A DNA stretch of 64,000 nucleotides from an uncultured Chlamydiales bacterium (GTDB lineage Bacteria > Chlamydiota > Chlamydiia > Chlamydiales > JAAKFR01): positions 555,757 to 619,756 of the forward strand of contig OY969414.1 of NCBI GenBank assembly GCA_963699155.1. Direction: 5' to 3'. This document shows, piece by piece, positions 1 to 10,068 of this stretch. The notes under the pieces were generated by a model that made no database searches, was not told where the DNA came from, and was given only the letters and a program-made list of their open reading frames with translations. Both the position numbers and the translations under genes were made by a program. Each line of letters starts with the position of its first letter. Positions within the stretch are counted from its first letter, which is position 1.

Positions 1-1131
1 GCTTACCAGGTCGACGAATTCATCACGCACTATTTCAAATTTTTTCAGATCGTGCTGGTGGGGGTTAAATTTGTGTTCGAAAGCGTTGCACATCTTTACA
101 GTCAGCTCTGGATGGCGGCAGAGGGCTTCTTCGATGTTTTCAATATTGTAAAGATTGGGATCGTCATGAACCAGAACTTGATGGATAAAGTTGATGGCGG
201 TACGTAAAAAATTCCCCAAGTTTCCCCTTAAGATCCCTGTGTGGATAAAGGTGGCATCGATCTTATCGAATGAGCCAAAATATTTGAGGGTGACCATCTC
301 TTGGATGAAATCGACCGTGTCGGCCACCTCCCACGCGGCTTGTCCGTTAGCTCCATGAAGGCCAAAAGAGAGCATGAAAATGCTATTCACTTGATAGGGA
401 TTGATATAGGTGGCTGTCACCTTGCGCATCACTAAACGGTGACGATGGACAACTCTGGCAAGGCGGTAGAGAAAATTGTGTTTGGGCACATTTTTCCATG
501 CCATGAGGATATGCATGGAGGGGGTATTATTCTCTTCCCATTTTTCATCAAACTGGACCCGGTATTGGCAGTGATCATCATTTTTTGCCTTTTCAAAGAT
601 CTCGAGAGCCATGACCTTTCTTTCAAGGGGCATTAGGCGCAAGAAACGTCCATCCATCTGATCGATCAGGCAGCTGATCTTCTCATCGCTCCATTCGGGC
701 TGACGGGATTTTAAGAATGAGGTGAGCTCTTCTTTGGTTTCGGGAGAGAGGGGTTCGACATTCTGTTCAAAAGCTTCGGTAAAGTGGAGTGTAGCTACCC
801 TCAAATAGCTCTGGGCGCTCGTGAAGGGGAGCACTTCCCGAGAAATATAGGTCGTGTAGTTCTTGATGCCGTAATAGGGAAAGTTGCTGAGAATTTTGAC
901 ATCGGCCTCCGGGCTATCGATGCACAACGAGATGGCGGCATTCTTTAAATGAATTTCTGCAGAGAAATCCTGTTCTTGGAACCCCATGAGGCTGTGAACG
1001 ATCAGTACGATCCACTCTTTGCTCACCTCCCTAAAAAAGACCCTCGGCATGCTCTTTTCGAGCCATAGATAGAACTTCTCAAACCGAGCCGTCTCTTCCT
1101 GGAGGGCTTCTCTGAGGGGTTCTGTGGACAT
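1..1131 (-). CDS. N-terminal part of a large protein, probably NAD-specific glutamate dehydrogenase (runs off the left edge; absent from the ORF track)
   Basis: Manual translation from ATG 1131 (MSTEPLREALQEETARFEKFYLWLEKSMP...AWKNVPKHNFLYRLARVVHRH...ATYINPY...) stays open to base 1. The product call is from recalled similarity to large chlamydial GDHs; the catalytic domain is outside the window. Confidence 0.55.
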   Translation of the reverse strand, partial: MSTEPLREALQEETARFEKFYLWLEKSMPRVFFREVSKEWIVLIVHSLMGFQEQDFSAEIHLKNAAISLCIDSPEADVKILSNFPYYGIKNYTTYISREVLPFTSAQSYLRVATLHFTEAFEQNVEPLSPETKEELTSFLKSRQPEWSDEKISCLIDQMDGRFLRLMPLERKVMALEIFEKAKNDDHCQYRVQFDEKWEENNTPSMHILMAWKNVPKHNFLYRLARVVHRHRLVMRKVTATYINPYQVNSIFMLSFGLHGANGQAAWEVADTVDFIQEMVTLKYFGSFDKIDATFIHTGILRGNLGNFLRTAINFIHQVLVHDDPNLYNIENIEEALCRHPELTVKMCNAFEHKFNPHQHDLKKFEIVRDEFVDLVS

Positions 1132-3106
1132 GGTCGCCTCGTTTTAGTAGTCGTAAGGCATTTAAACCTACAATTACGGTACCCCCTTCATGCAAAACGA
1201 CTGCCAACCAGAGAGGGATCCAGCCTAAAAGTGCAGGCATTGTTGCGAAAACAATTGCACCTAAGGCAATTGTAATATTTTGTTTGACGATTTTGACAAC
1301 CTGGCGCGACTTTTTTACCAGCCAGTCTAAGAGCTCGATGTTGTCTTGAAGAAGCACGATGTCGGAAGCGTCGACAGCCGTTGTGCTCCCTACTTTTCCC
1401 ATCGAAATCCCAACTGTAGCCCGGGCGAGCGCGGGGGCATCGTTGATCCCATCACCCACCATCGCCAAGTGATCCGTTTTGGAGATAAAATCGAGCTTGT
1501 CCGCAGGACGCAGCTCGGCATAAAACTCCTCAATCCCGAGCTGCTCCGCAATGGCTCGCGCGCTTTGCATATGGTCCCCTGTCAGCATCAAAACCTTGAG
1601 GCCGGAATCCTCTCTCAAACGATCTAAGGTCTCTTTCATTCCTGCGCGCATCATATCTTTGAATCGGAAGAGGGTGAGGCTTTCGCCATAAAGGAGGAGG
1701 GTATAGATTTCGCCTTGGGTACGAATTTGCTCCAATTTCCCCTCAATCCATTCCCGAGCTGCTGGGGAAACTTGGGGGAGAATCCATTCGCCACGGCCAA
1801 TCAGCGCCTCTTGGGCCTGAAAACGGCCTCTCAGCCCAAAGCCAGGTACCTGAGTGAACTGCTCGATAGGCAAGAGCTTGCTTTTCTGCTTTTTGGCATA
1901 GTTGACAATGGCATTCGCGATCGGATGGACGGCCGAACGCTCCAATGTATAGGCTATCTCTAAAGCATCCGGATTGTGGCCATAGCTTTCGCTTCCTAAG
2001 TACTCTAGCTCCCCTCGAGTTAAAGTCCCCGTTTTATCAAAAGCGATCGTCCGGCATTTGGCAAGGGCATCGAGGATGATTCCCCCTTTGAGAAGAATTC
2101 CCTTTTTAGCGCAGGCGCTCACCGCACTCAAGTAGGCGATCGGGATGGCGATAATCAGGGCGCATGGGGAGGCGGCAATGAGAAATGCCAGCGCCCGGTA
2201 GATAGAACCCTCTCTTCCTAGGTAGGAGAGATGGAAAAGTAAGGGAAGAGCGATTGCAAAGAAGGCCGAGAGAGAGATGATGGTGATCGCGTAAATATGG
2301 CTCGCTCTATCGAACCATTGCTGAAGACGTGGTTTCGCCTCTTGAGCCTGGGTGATCAATTGGATGATCCGCGCTAAGGTCGAATCGCTGCTGATCCTGC
2401 TGACAGAGAGGGTTAGGGCCCCTTCCAGATTTCGCGCTCCTGCAGGCACCTCATCGCCAGGTTTGCAGGTAACGGGCAGATTTTCTCCTGTCAGATGGAC
2501 CATGTTGATGGAGGAGGTGCCTAGAACCACTTTGCCATCCAATGGAACCACCTCGCCCGCCTTCACATGGATGGGAGTGTGCAGAGGGATATCTCGAATC
2601 GATCTTTCGATCAGAGTGCCATCAGGTTCTACGACAAAAGCCTTTTGGGGAGAGAGCTTCTTCAATGAGGCGAGAGCCCCTTTAGCTTTGGTGCGAACGG
2701 CCTCTTCCATGGCGCCTGAAAATGAGAAAAGGACCAGTAGAAGCGCCCCCTCTTTTCCGCTGCCAATCAAGACTGAGAGAAAGGCGGCGAGGGTCATCAA
2801 GACATCGATATTGATTTCCAAGTTGGAAATGTCTTCCAGAGAGGAGATCAGTGCAGGAATCCCCGCAAAAAAAAAGCAGAGCAGCAGGAAGAGATTGGAG
2901 AGAGATTCTTTACCGGGAACGAAGGAAAAAATGAAGGCCATCACCAGCAAGAAAGCGGCGATCAGAGAGGCCTTTAAGGGAAGATTGATCCCCCACGTCC
3001 TCGATTTGGGTTTGAGAAAGGGGCTGACGCTCTCTTCTAGACCAGAATCGAAAAATTCGTCAAAAAGTTCAACACCACCTGCGGCAGAGGGGAATAATTG
3101 CTTCAT
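1079..3106 (-). CDS. zntA: Heavy-metal P1B-type ATPase (P1B-4-like)
   Basis: LTGE, SPC, DKTGTLT, HP, GDGIND and HEGGT motifs. Confidence 0.92.
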   Translation of the reverse strand: MKQLFPSAAGGVELFDEFFDSGLEESVSPFLKPKSRTWGINLPLKASLIAAFLLVMAFIFSFVPGKESLSNLFLLLCFFFAGIPALISSLEDISNLEINIDVLMTLAAFLSVLIGSGKEGALLLVLFSFSGAMEEAVRTKAKGALASLKKLSPQKAFVVEPDGTLIERSIRDIPLHTPIHVKAGEVVPLDGKVVLGTSSINMVHLTGENLPVTCKPGDEVPAGARNLEGALTLSVSRISSDSTLARIIQLITQAQEAKPRLQQWFDRASHIYAITIISLSAFFAIALPLLFHLSYLGREGSIYRALAFLIAASPCALIIAIPIAYLSAVSACAKKGILLKGGIILDALAKCRTIAFDKTGTLTRGELEYLGSESYGHNPDALEIAYTLERSAVHPIANAIVNYAKKQKSKLLPIEQFTQVPGFGLRGRFQAQEALIGRGEWILPQVSPAAREWIEGKLEQIRTQGEIYTLLLYGESLTLFRFKDMMRAGMKETLDRLREDSGLKVLMLTGDHMQSARAIAEQLGIEEFYAELRPADKLDFISKTDHLAMVGDGINDAPALARATVGISMGKVGSTTAVDASDIVLLQDNIELLDWLVKKSRQVVKIVKQNITIALGAIVFATMPALLGWIPLWLAVVLHEGGTVIVGLNALRLLKRGDHVHRTPQRSPPGRDGSV

Positions 3107-3843
3107 AAAAATATCTGGAAGGCAAAGTAAGCAACTCCGAAAGCGAGAGCTCCGATACTCAAATTCCAGACAACTGCTGAGATCACCTTGTTCCTCTCAT
3201 ATGCAGCTGAAAGAGCAGCGCCCAAAGCGAGCAAGAGGGCAGCTGCGATGATAAGACCATTGGTGGTGAGTAGAAAATAGAGAAAGGCGCTCACCGCCAA
3301 AGCGATGAATGTCCCTAAGGCAGCTCCCAAAGTCTGCTGTAGGGGATGTTCGTAGGCTTGTAGGGTCAACCCCATCTCCTCTTCAAGCATCACCTTCAGC
3401 AAGCGATCCTGATCGGCCATGAGGACATCGACGACATCGCTCAATAATTTCCCCTCAAATCCTTTGGCGGCATAGAGAGCCTCAAGCTCTTCCCTCTCTT
3501 GAGGACGGTGGTGTTCTATCTCATACTTTTCCTGCTCAATCAATCGGTGAAGTCTTTCCAGGCGAGCCCAGCCGAGCCATCCGCTCCTCCCTGTTTTCCA
3601 GCAAAACCAGCCGAGACCAAAGGCGACAAGGCTAATAAAAGCAGTTTCAAAGGGGATATTGACCATTTTCAGAAAAAGACCAAAGAGAAGAAGAACCAGA
3701 GCCGTTTCCTTCCCCGCGTCTGCCGCGGCTGAGAGGTGACCCGGCATCTCAGTGCCATGGGCCGCCTCAGCCACTGTGACAATCCCTTCAGCCCGCTTTT
3801 CTAGGATATGGGTGAGAGCATCTTTGTTTTCAAAATGGGACAT
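3103..3843 (-). CDS. VIT1/CCC1-family metal transporter-like membrane protein
   Basis: Glu-rich EREELEALYAAKGFEG..MLEEEMG segment plus TM helices; 4-bp overlap with zntA. Confidence 0.75.
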   Translation of the reverse strand: MSHFENKDALTHILEKRAEGIVTVAEAAHGTEMPGHLSAAADAGKETALVLLLFGLFLKMVNIPFETAFISLVAFGLGWFCWKTGRSGWLGWARLERLHRLIEQEKYEIEHHRPQEREELEALYAAKGFEGKLLSDVVDVLMADQDRLLKVMLEEEMGLTLQAYEHPLQQTLGAALGTFIALAVSAFLYFLLTTNGLIIAAALLLALGAALSAAYERNKVISAVVWNLSIGALAFGVAYFAFQIFL

Positions 3844-3950
3844 AGTGAGGAAATAGTACCCCTTTTACCCCCTTTTTGCAACCACCCACAAAGCTTTATT
3901 AAATTTTAATAATATGCTGTTAAACTCTTATTTGTTAACGAAGTGATCCT

Positions 3951-4991
3951 ATGTCAGTTGAAGCAACAAGCTATCGATACTCAACGCCCTATCAGCTCAC
4001 TAAGTCGGACCTGATTCCGACCACTTTTGTCACCCTATTAGCTTTATCGTTTATCACATTGGGCACTTTAGCTCTTCTTGGTAGTCATCAAGATCTATCG
4101 ATCTTCCACTCACTTTCCAGCCTTGGAGATCCCGTGAGCGGCGCTTTAATTGCTTCAGGTGGGGTCATACTGGCAGGGCTCACTTTTTACATAATAGCCA
4201 CCTGTCGAGCTCACCGCCAAGAGGTGGAGAGTGTGTCAGAGAATGACAAAATAAATTTCTGCCCTATTTTTAAATGTTTAGAAGAAGATCGGAAGCGTGT
4301 TCGTGGCGATAAGTGTACCTTGTGGCAGGGAGAGGAAGATAGGGCCTATCTTTTTAGCTTAAGGGGGGAGAAGAGAGAGATCACTATATTCCGCTCGGAT
4401 TCGCAGGATGTCGTGGATGATTATTTAATGAAACAAGTGGATGCCATGGATCATGAAGGTGTGGGATTCACAATGGTGCCAAAGTTCCACCGAGGAATCG
4501 ATTTCGAACAAATATTAAGAAAATTTACTTTTAACACTACAGATGAATACCCGAAGCTGTTTGAAAAGTACCAGTCCTTCATGACCGATCAATTTGTGAG
4601 ATGGCGAGAGAAAGGTGCGACCCAAATGCAATTTATCTTCCAGATCCAGGAAGGTTACTTTTTCGTCCTTGAAGTGAAAGGAGAGGAGAGAAAAATCACA
4701 ATGCATATAGCAGAAAGATTTCATGATCTTCTTCCAGAGTATCGAGATCACTTGAATGCAAAATTTAAAGAGATGAGAGAGAATCACTATACAAAGAGGG
4801 TGAGTGCCGAGGAGCCCTATCGATACTCACTCAGCACTGTTGCAGGTAAAATTCTCATCATGAAACTGGAAATGGGGACTCATTTAAGAACAATTTGGAT
4901 CTATGAAGAAGAGCAGGAGGAGGGGTGGAATAGTTGCCTTTCAGATCTTTTCGCTCACGGAGGCCTCATGTACCCATCCACAGAACGCTAG
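3951..4991 (+). CDS. Hypothetical protein with N-terminal bilobed hydrophobic domain (Inc-like candidate)
   Basis: Two close hydrophobic segments in roughly aa 21-84, then a soluble region. Confidence 0.55.
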   Translation: MSVEATSYRYSTPYQLTKSDLIPTTFVTLLALSFITLGTLALLGSHQDLSIFHSLSSLGDPVSGALIASGGVILAGLTFYIIATCRAHRQEVESVSENDKINFCPIFKCLEEDRKRVRGDKCTLWQGEEDRAYLFSLRGEKREITIFRSDSQDVVDDYLMKQVDAMDHEGVGFTMVPKFHRGIDFEQILRKFTFNTTDEYPKLFEKYQSFMTDQFVRWREKGATQMQFIFQIQEGYFFVLEVKGEERKITMHIAERFHDLLPEYRDHLNAKFKEMRENHYTKRVSAEEPYRYSLSTVAGKILIMKLEMGTHLRTIWIYEEEQEEGWNSCLSDLFAHGGLMYPSTER

Positions 4992-5075
4992 TGCCAAAGA
5001 TTTTTGTGGTCAGCGCTAGCTTTTTTTGCTCATTTCTGTTAAACTAACTCGATCATTTTTAAATAATTCACTTTT

Positions 5076-6878
5076 ATGACAGCCTTTTTTCGTAACCTTG
5101 CCATTATCGCCCACATTGACCATGGGAAAACCACCCTTTTAGATGCTCTCCTGAAGAAATCCAATCTCTTTAGGGACAACGAAGAGATCCCTGAGCGGAT
5201 GATGGATAGCTATGACCAAGAGAAGGAGCGGGGAATCACTATCTTCGCGAAACATACCAGCATCCCTTACGGTGACTACACGATCAACTTCATCGACACA
5301 CCAGGCCACTCCGACTTTTCCGGTGAGGTGGAGCGGGTTTTGGGGATGGTCAGCTCAGTGCTCTTGCTGATCGATGCTCAAGATGGCCCGATGCCCCAAA
5401 CACGCTTTGTCCTTTCTAAGGCTCTCAAAATGGGGATTTGCCCGATCGTAGTCATCAATAAGATCGATCGCCCCCATGCCAACCCTGATGCGGCCCTCAA
5501 CGCCACTTTCGACCTCTTTGTCGAACTGGGCGCGACCGATCAGCAGCTCGATTTTAAACATTGCTACACGAGTGCGCTTTCAGGCTATGCCTTGATGCAT
5601 ATCGGCGATCAGCCCAAAGATATGGCCCCTCTCTTCGATCTGATTATTTCGTCAGTCAAACCGCCTGAAAATGATATGGAAGCCCCTTTTTTAATGCAGG
5701 CAATGACGATCGGCTACGATCAATATGTAGGCAGACAGGCCACAGGACGTATTTTAGGGGGCAAAGTCGCCAAAGGCCAGAAAGTGATGTGGATCAATGC
5801 CAAGGGAGATCAGCTGCCGATGGCGATCACACGGATCGAGGGTTATCGCGGCATCAGGAAAATCGAGATACCAGAGGCGATTGCAGGAGATATCGTCAGC
5901 CTCTCAGGTGTGCCCGAGATCATGCTGGGAGATACTCTTTGCGACCTCAATCATGTCCAGCCACTGCCCCCCATTCAGATCGACGAGCCGACGATGTCGG
6001 TCAATATCATGATCAATTCGGGTCCGTTTGCAGGTCGAGATGGCAAAAATGTGACCTTCAACAAGATCAAAGAGCGTTTACTCAAGGAAAAGAAGTCAAA
6101 TATTTCGCTCCGGATCGAAGAGTCGCGCACCTCTCAAGAGGCGATAACTGTTTATGGCCGCGGCGAGCTGCAGCTTTCAGTCCTTATCGAAGCGATGCGT
6201 CGTGAGGGGATCGAGATGACCGTTTCCAAGCCACAAGTGATCCTGAAAGAGATTGATGGCGAAGTTAACGAGCCATTTGAAAAGGTCTACATCGAGACCC
6301 CGGAAGAGTTCTCAGGCAATATTATCGAAGAGCTTTCCAAAAGAAAGGGGGAGATGCAGCATCTTGAAGTCGATTCCCATGGCATCACCCATATGGAATT
6401 TCTGATTCCCACTAGGGGCATTATGGGCTATCGCAATGACTTCCTCACAGTCACTAGAGGACTCGGTATCCTCACCGCTCTCTTTGACTCCTTCCAACCC
6501 ACTAAGGGAGAAATTCCTAAACGGTCCAAGGGTGTTCTCGTTTCCATGAGCCAAGGAAAGTCGACAGCTTATGCGATCGGCACTCTCCAAAAACGAGGAG
6601 AGCTCTTTGTCTCTCCGGGTGACGAGGTCTATGAAGGGATGGTTGTCGGCGAAAACAGCCGGGATAACGACCTTGTCGTCAATGTCACGCGAGGCAAGCA
6701 ACTGACCAACGTCCGCGCCGCCGGCTCCGATGAAAATATTCTCATCATCCCTGCGAAAAAGTTGACACTGGAACAGGCAATCGTGTTTATTGAAGACGAT
6801 GAACTGATCGAGGTGACTCCCTCATTCATCCGGCTGCGCAAAAGGCAGCTGAAAGAAGTGGATCGCAAACGCGGGTAA
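5076..6878 (+). CDS. typA: Translational GTPase TypA/BipA
   Basis: [42 protein letters not shown]. Confidence 0.97.
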   Translation: MTAFFRNLAIIAHIDHGKTTLLDALLKKSNLFRDNEEIPERMMDSYDQEKERGITIFAKHTSIPYGDYTINFIDTPGHSDFSGEVERVLGMVSSVLLLIDAQDGPMPQTRFVLSKALKMGICPIVVINKIDRPHANPDAALNATFDLFVELGATDQQLDFKHCYTSALSGYALMHIGDQPKDMAPLFDLIISSVKPPENDMEAPFLMQAMTIGYDQYVGRQATGRILGGKVAKGQKVMWINAKGDQLPMAITRIEGYRGIRKIEIPEAIAGDIVSLSGVPEIMLGDTLCDLNHVQPLPPIQIDEPTMSVNIMINSGPFAGRDGKNVTFNKIKERLLKEKKSNISLRIEESRTSQEAITVYGRGELQLSVLIEAMRREGIEMTVSKPQVILKEIDGEVNEPFEKVYIETPEEFSGNIIEELSKRKGEMQHLEVDSHGITHMEFLIPTRGIMGYRNDFLTVTRGLGILTALFDSFQPTKGEIPKRSKGVLVSMSQGKSTAYAIGTLQKRGELFVSPGDEVYEGMVVGENSRDNDLVVNVTRGKQLTNVRAAGSDENILIIPAKKLTLEQAIVFIEDDELIEVTPSFIRLRKRQLKEVDRKRG

Positions 6879-6921
6879 AATGCGCACCTTCTGACGGCTG
6901 GAGGCGTACCCTAGAGGGCAA

Positions 6922-7866
6922 ATGGCTGAAAAAATCATCCTTGCGGGAGGTTGCTTTTGGTGTACCGAAAGCGCCTTCATGGACGTAGAAGGAGTTATTG
7001 CGACACGTGTCGGCTATACCTGGGGGCATAGCGAAAATCCCACCTACGAAGAGGTCTGCGCGGGGAAGACTGGTCACTACGAAGCCATCGAGGTTATCTT
7101 TGATCCCGAAACCATCACTCTCTTTCAAATCTTAGAGATCTTTTGGCGCTCCATCGACCCTTGCGATGTCGGTGGCCAGTTTTACGATCGCGGCGCTCAA
7201 TACCAAACGGCAATCTTCTACTCTGACATGCGCCAAAAAGAGATCGCCGAAGAATCTAAAGAGCTGGTGCAATCTCTCTTTACGAAACCGGTGACCACCG
7301 AAATCCTTCCCGCCAAATCCTTCTATCCGGCAGAAACCTACCACCAAGCCTACTGCAAAAAGCGGCCTGAAGAGTATAAAGGCTATGCCAGAGCCCACTA
7401 CGAACGGCTTCACCGTCTCTGGCAAGAGAGACAAGCGCAATTTGCCACCCAAGAGCCAGAAGAGCGCTTAACGCCCCTACAATATAGTGTCACCCATCTC
7501 GAATGCACCGAGCCCCCCTTTAAAAATGCCTATTGGGATAACAAGGCAGAGGGCATCTATGTCGATATTCTCACAGGCGAGCCCCTCTTTTCCTCAAAAG
7601 ACAAATATGATTCTGGCTGCGGATGGCCCAGCTTCACCCGTCCCATCGATCCACACATCCTCGAAGAATTTGATGATTACAAACTAGGAACCCACCGCAC
7701 AGAGGTGCGCTCCAAAAAAAGCCGCGCCCACCTCGGCCACGTTTTCCCCGACGGCCCTCCCCCCACCGACCTCCGCTACTGCATCAACTCCGCAGCCATC
7801 CGCTTCATCCCCAAAGAGAAGATGGAAGCCGAAGGCTATGGCGATTGTCTCCCTGTTTTTCTGTAA
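6922..7866 (+). CDS. msrAB: Bifunctional methionine sulfoxide reductase MsrA-MsrB (last 7 residues supplied by a MITE)
   Basis: GGCFWC and AETYHQ (MsrA); [14 protein letters not shown] and RYCINS (MsrB). Confidence 0.95.
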   Translation: MAEKIILAGGCFWCTESAFMDVEGVIATRVGYTWGHSENPTYEEVCAGKTGHYEAIEVIFDPETITLFQILEIFWRSIDPCDVGGQFYDRGAQYQTAIFYSDMRQKEIAEESKELVQSLFTKPVTTEILPAKSFYPAETYHQAYCKKRPEEYKGYARAHYERLHRLWQERQAQFATQEPEERLTPLQYSVTHLECTEPPFKNAYWDNKAEGIYVDILTGEPLFSSKDKYDSGCGWPSFTRPIDPHILEEFDDYKLGTHRTEVRSKKSRAHLGHVFPDGPPPTDLRYCINSAAIRFIPKEKMEAEGYGDCLPVFL

Positions 7867-8002
7867 TTTTGGGCTAGCTGCGGCGGGCATCTTGCGCGCT
7901 TTTTTCGTCACAAATAGCACAAGGCTATTTGCTTCCTCAAAAATCACGCAATCTGGCACCGCCTCGCTTACCCCAAAATTACAGAAAAACAGGGAGACAA
8001 TC
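7843..8002. mobile_element. 160-bp MITE / palindromic element
   Basis: Perfect 31-bp terminal inverted repeats (GATTGTCTCCCTGTTTTTCTGTAATTTTGGG) flanked by an 8-bp direct repeat GCTATGGC (7835-7842 and 8003-8010); internal hairpin CAAATAGC-N5-GCTATTTG. Confidence 0.85.
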
Positions 8003-8030
8003 GCTATGGCCCCTACATGCATCTGTTAGG

Positions 8031-9548
8031 TTACATCCATGGGGATAAATAGGGATGAGCAACTTGGTTAAATTCCGGGTCTTGCTCAAGCAGTTGAAGG
8101 TCTGCGCCAGAAATTTTCACCCACAAACGATCACTTTTAGCTTTCATCTTGTTTAGGGCTTCGATAGCTAGCGCCTTCTCTCCTGCCTGCCAGGCACTTT
8201 TGGCAATGGTCCAGTAGATGTTATGATCGCTGATGCTGTAAAGAAAGGCTAGTTCCAGAGGACGCCTGAATTCCCTGTTAATCAGGTGAAAAGCAATGTG
8301 ACGACCTATCAGGTACGCTTCTAAAGAATTTTTTCGATGGAGGGTGCCGCTCTTTTTCCACTCCTTTTCAGAAAGCTTTTGATCTGTGATGAGCCAGTCA
8401 AAAACAATGTCTGCAAAATGGAGTTGTTCCTGTGAACAGGGATTTGGTTCCGAAAGAGAGTCGTAGAGTACTCTAGCAACTTGGGTTCCATCCATACGCC
8501 AGCCCTGCATCCATTTAGAAAAATTAAGGGCTTTTTCATATTGGCCCTGTTGTGCAAGCGCATAACCGACTTCAACAAGAGGGTCCTCATATGATGATGT
8601 GTCCAGTTCGACAAAGTCATCATCGTCATCGTTGAGGTCTCTCTGAAGAGATGTTAGGCAGCTCTCAATTAGATCATAACATTTGTCCCATCCTTCATCA
8701 TTTTCAAGCTCAATCCATCGAAGACCAAGACCGATAAGCAATGGAAGCTTTTTTTCCTCGTTGCTCATGGCGTCGATAAACAGATATTCATCTGCTGGGT
8801 CATCAGCCTCTTTCACCTCTTGAGCTGCAGCTTCCAAGAGAGACTCGGTTTCCTCGAGGCTTAATCCTAGGGATTGAATCATTTCTAGAGTATACTCTGC
8901 AGTATGCCTGCGATAGACATACCTGATGAAAATAGAGAGCGGAAGATGACGGTTTGGTAGGCGAAACAAGACATCTACAAGCTCTTGATAACAGCCGGAG
9001 GTCATATAACCGACAATGTTTACTGCCTCACCTTCCGCGATCCTAGCACCAATGAGAGTCCGCTTTAACGCCAGATCCATACATGCGTCATCATCTAACA
9101 GGGCAAGCTGTTGATTGATTTCCTGATGTGTGCGAGTAGTTCCTTGTTGCATGCATCCTCTCGAAGCAGAATCAATGGCAAATTGGTGGGCAAAATAGCC
9201 ATTGAAAAACGCTCTAGTATGGAGGATCTCTTGGACTGTCTCACACTGCCTCATATAGAGGTCTGCGCTATCAATAGCAGCAAGATGGCGGCGGGCAACA
9301 CTTTCCTTTAAGGCAGAATGTAGACTCATAGAAAACCTCTGCCAGTCCTCTTGGAGATAGGTAAAAACGCGATCCGACAATGCCGGGTCTGCCTCACTGA
9401 ACGCTTCAAGTGATTCCCCTTTAAGCCGTGGGAGAAGCACTATTTTCATAATATCTTCTATAACTAGATCAAAATAGAGAGGCTTTGAGGCGGGCACTTC
9501 TGGTTGATCGCCTGACCATAATCTTGTTGCTTCTACTCTAGGTGCCAT
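8031..9548 (-). CDS. Hypothetical helical protein (possible degenerate F-box N-terminus, TPR-like C-terminus)
   Basis: 505-aa ORF with no recognised catalytic motif; acidic tract; weak TPR-like segment (VGYALAQQGQYEKAL). Confidence 0.5.
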   Translation of the reverse strand: MAPRVEATRLWSGDQPEVPASKPLYFDLVIEDIMKIVLLPRLKGESLEAFSEADPALSDRVFTYLQEDWQRFSMSLHSALKESVARRHLAAIDSADLYMRQCETVQEILHTRAFFNGYFAHQFAIDSASRGCMQQGTTRTHQEINQQLALLDDDACMDLALKRTLIGARIAEGEAVNIVGYMTSGCYQELVDVLFRLPNRHLPLSIFIRYVYRRHTAEYTLEMIQSLGLSLEETESLLEAAAQEVKEADDPADEYLFIDAMSNEEKKLPLLIGLGLRWIELENDEGWDKCYDLIESCLTSLQRDLNDDDDDFVELDTSSYEDPLVEVGYALAQQGQYEKALNFSKWMQGWRMDGTQVARVLYDSLSEPNPCSQEQLHFADIVFDWLITDQKLSEKEWKKSGTLHRKNSLEAYLIGRHIAFHLINREFRRPLELAFLYSISDHNIYWTIAKSAWQAGEKALAIEALNKMKAKSDRLWVKISGADLQLLEQDPEFNQVAHPYLSPWM

Positions 9549-9679
9549 GCCGCCTCCTCACAATTAGGAAATTCAAGACTACAAATCTACAGCACGCTCT
9601 CATTTTGCGCAAAAGTTCGCCTATTTTCGCGAGGCAACAGAGTTCAATAAGATCAGTAACTTTTTATTTTAAAAATGGT

Positions 9680-9700
9680 TATAATAAGTTAAAAGGGAGG
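9680..9700 (+). promoter_or_regulatory. Candidate -10 box and ribosome-binding site of the NHLP precursor
   Basis: TATAAT at 9680-9685; GGAGG at 9696-9700, 5 nt before ATG 9706; no clear -35. Confidence 0.45.
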
Positions 9701-9705
9701 TGTTT

Positions 9706-10068
9706 ATGGAAGAAAAGCAAGCAGTATTAACTTTTAAGCAAGTATTAATCTTGAAGGCTTTGAAGGATCCGGAGTTTAAGAAAAAACTATTAGAAGATCC
9801 TAAAAAAGCCATTCAAGAGGAGTTTCAAATCACTCTACCCGAAGATCTGAAGATCAACGTTTTTGAAAACCAGGAAAAAACAGTGAACCTCGTGATTCCT
9901 TATGCTTCTGGGGAACTTTCTGATGAAGAGCTCGAAAATTTGGCCGGTGCTGGTGCTTTGGACGACATAGGGAATTGGTTTAAAGCGCGGGGTAAGGATA
10001 TCTCTGACTGGGCCACAGATTGGTGGAAAAAGCAAGGGACAACTGTCAAGCCAACGTGGAAGCTTTAA
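9706..10068 (+). CDS. NHLP leader-peptide family RiPP/bacteriocin precursor
   Basis: KALKDPEFKKKLLEDPKKAI...LPEDLKINVFE...LVIP...ELSDEELENLAGA leader followed by a 38-aa core. Confidence 0.92.
   Translation: MEEKQAVLTFKQVLILKALKDPEFKKKLLEDPKKAIQEEFQITLPEDLKINVFENQEKTVNLVIPYASGELSDEELENLAGAGALDDIGNWFKARGKDISDWATDWWKKQGTTVKPTWKL

Noticed and set aside
2352..3251. 299-aa plus-strand ORF
   Set aside because: Antisense shadow of zntA with no motifs; the same applies to most short overlapping ORFs in the track.
7684..8029. ORFs 7838-8029 (+) and 7684-8022 (-) with mirrored peptide text
   Set aside because: Artefacts of the MITE's inverted repeats.
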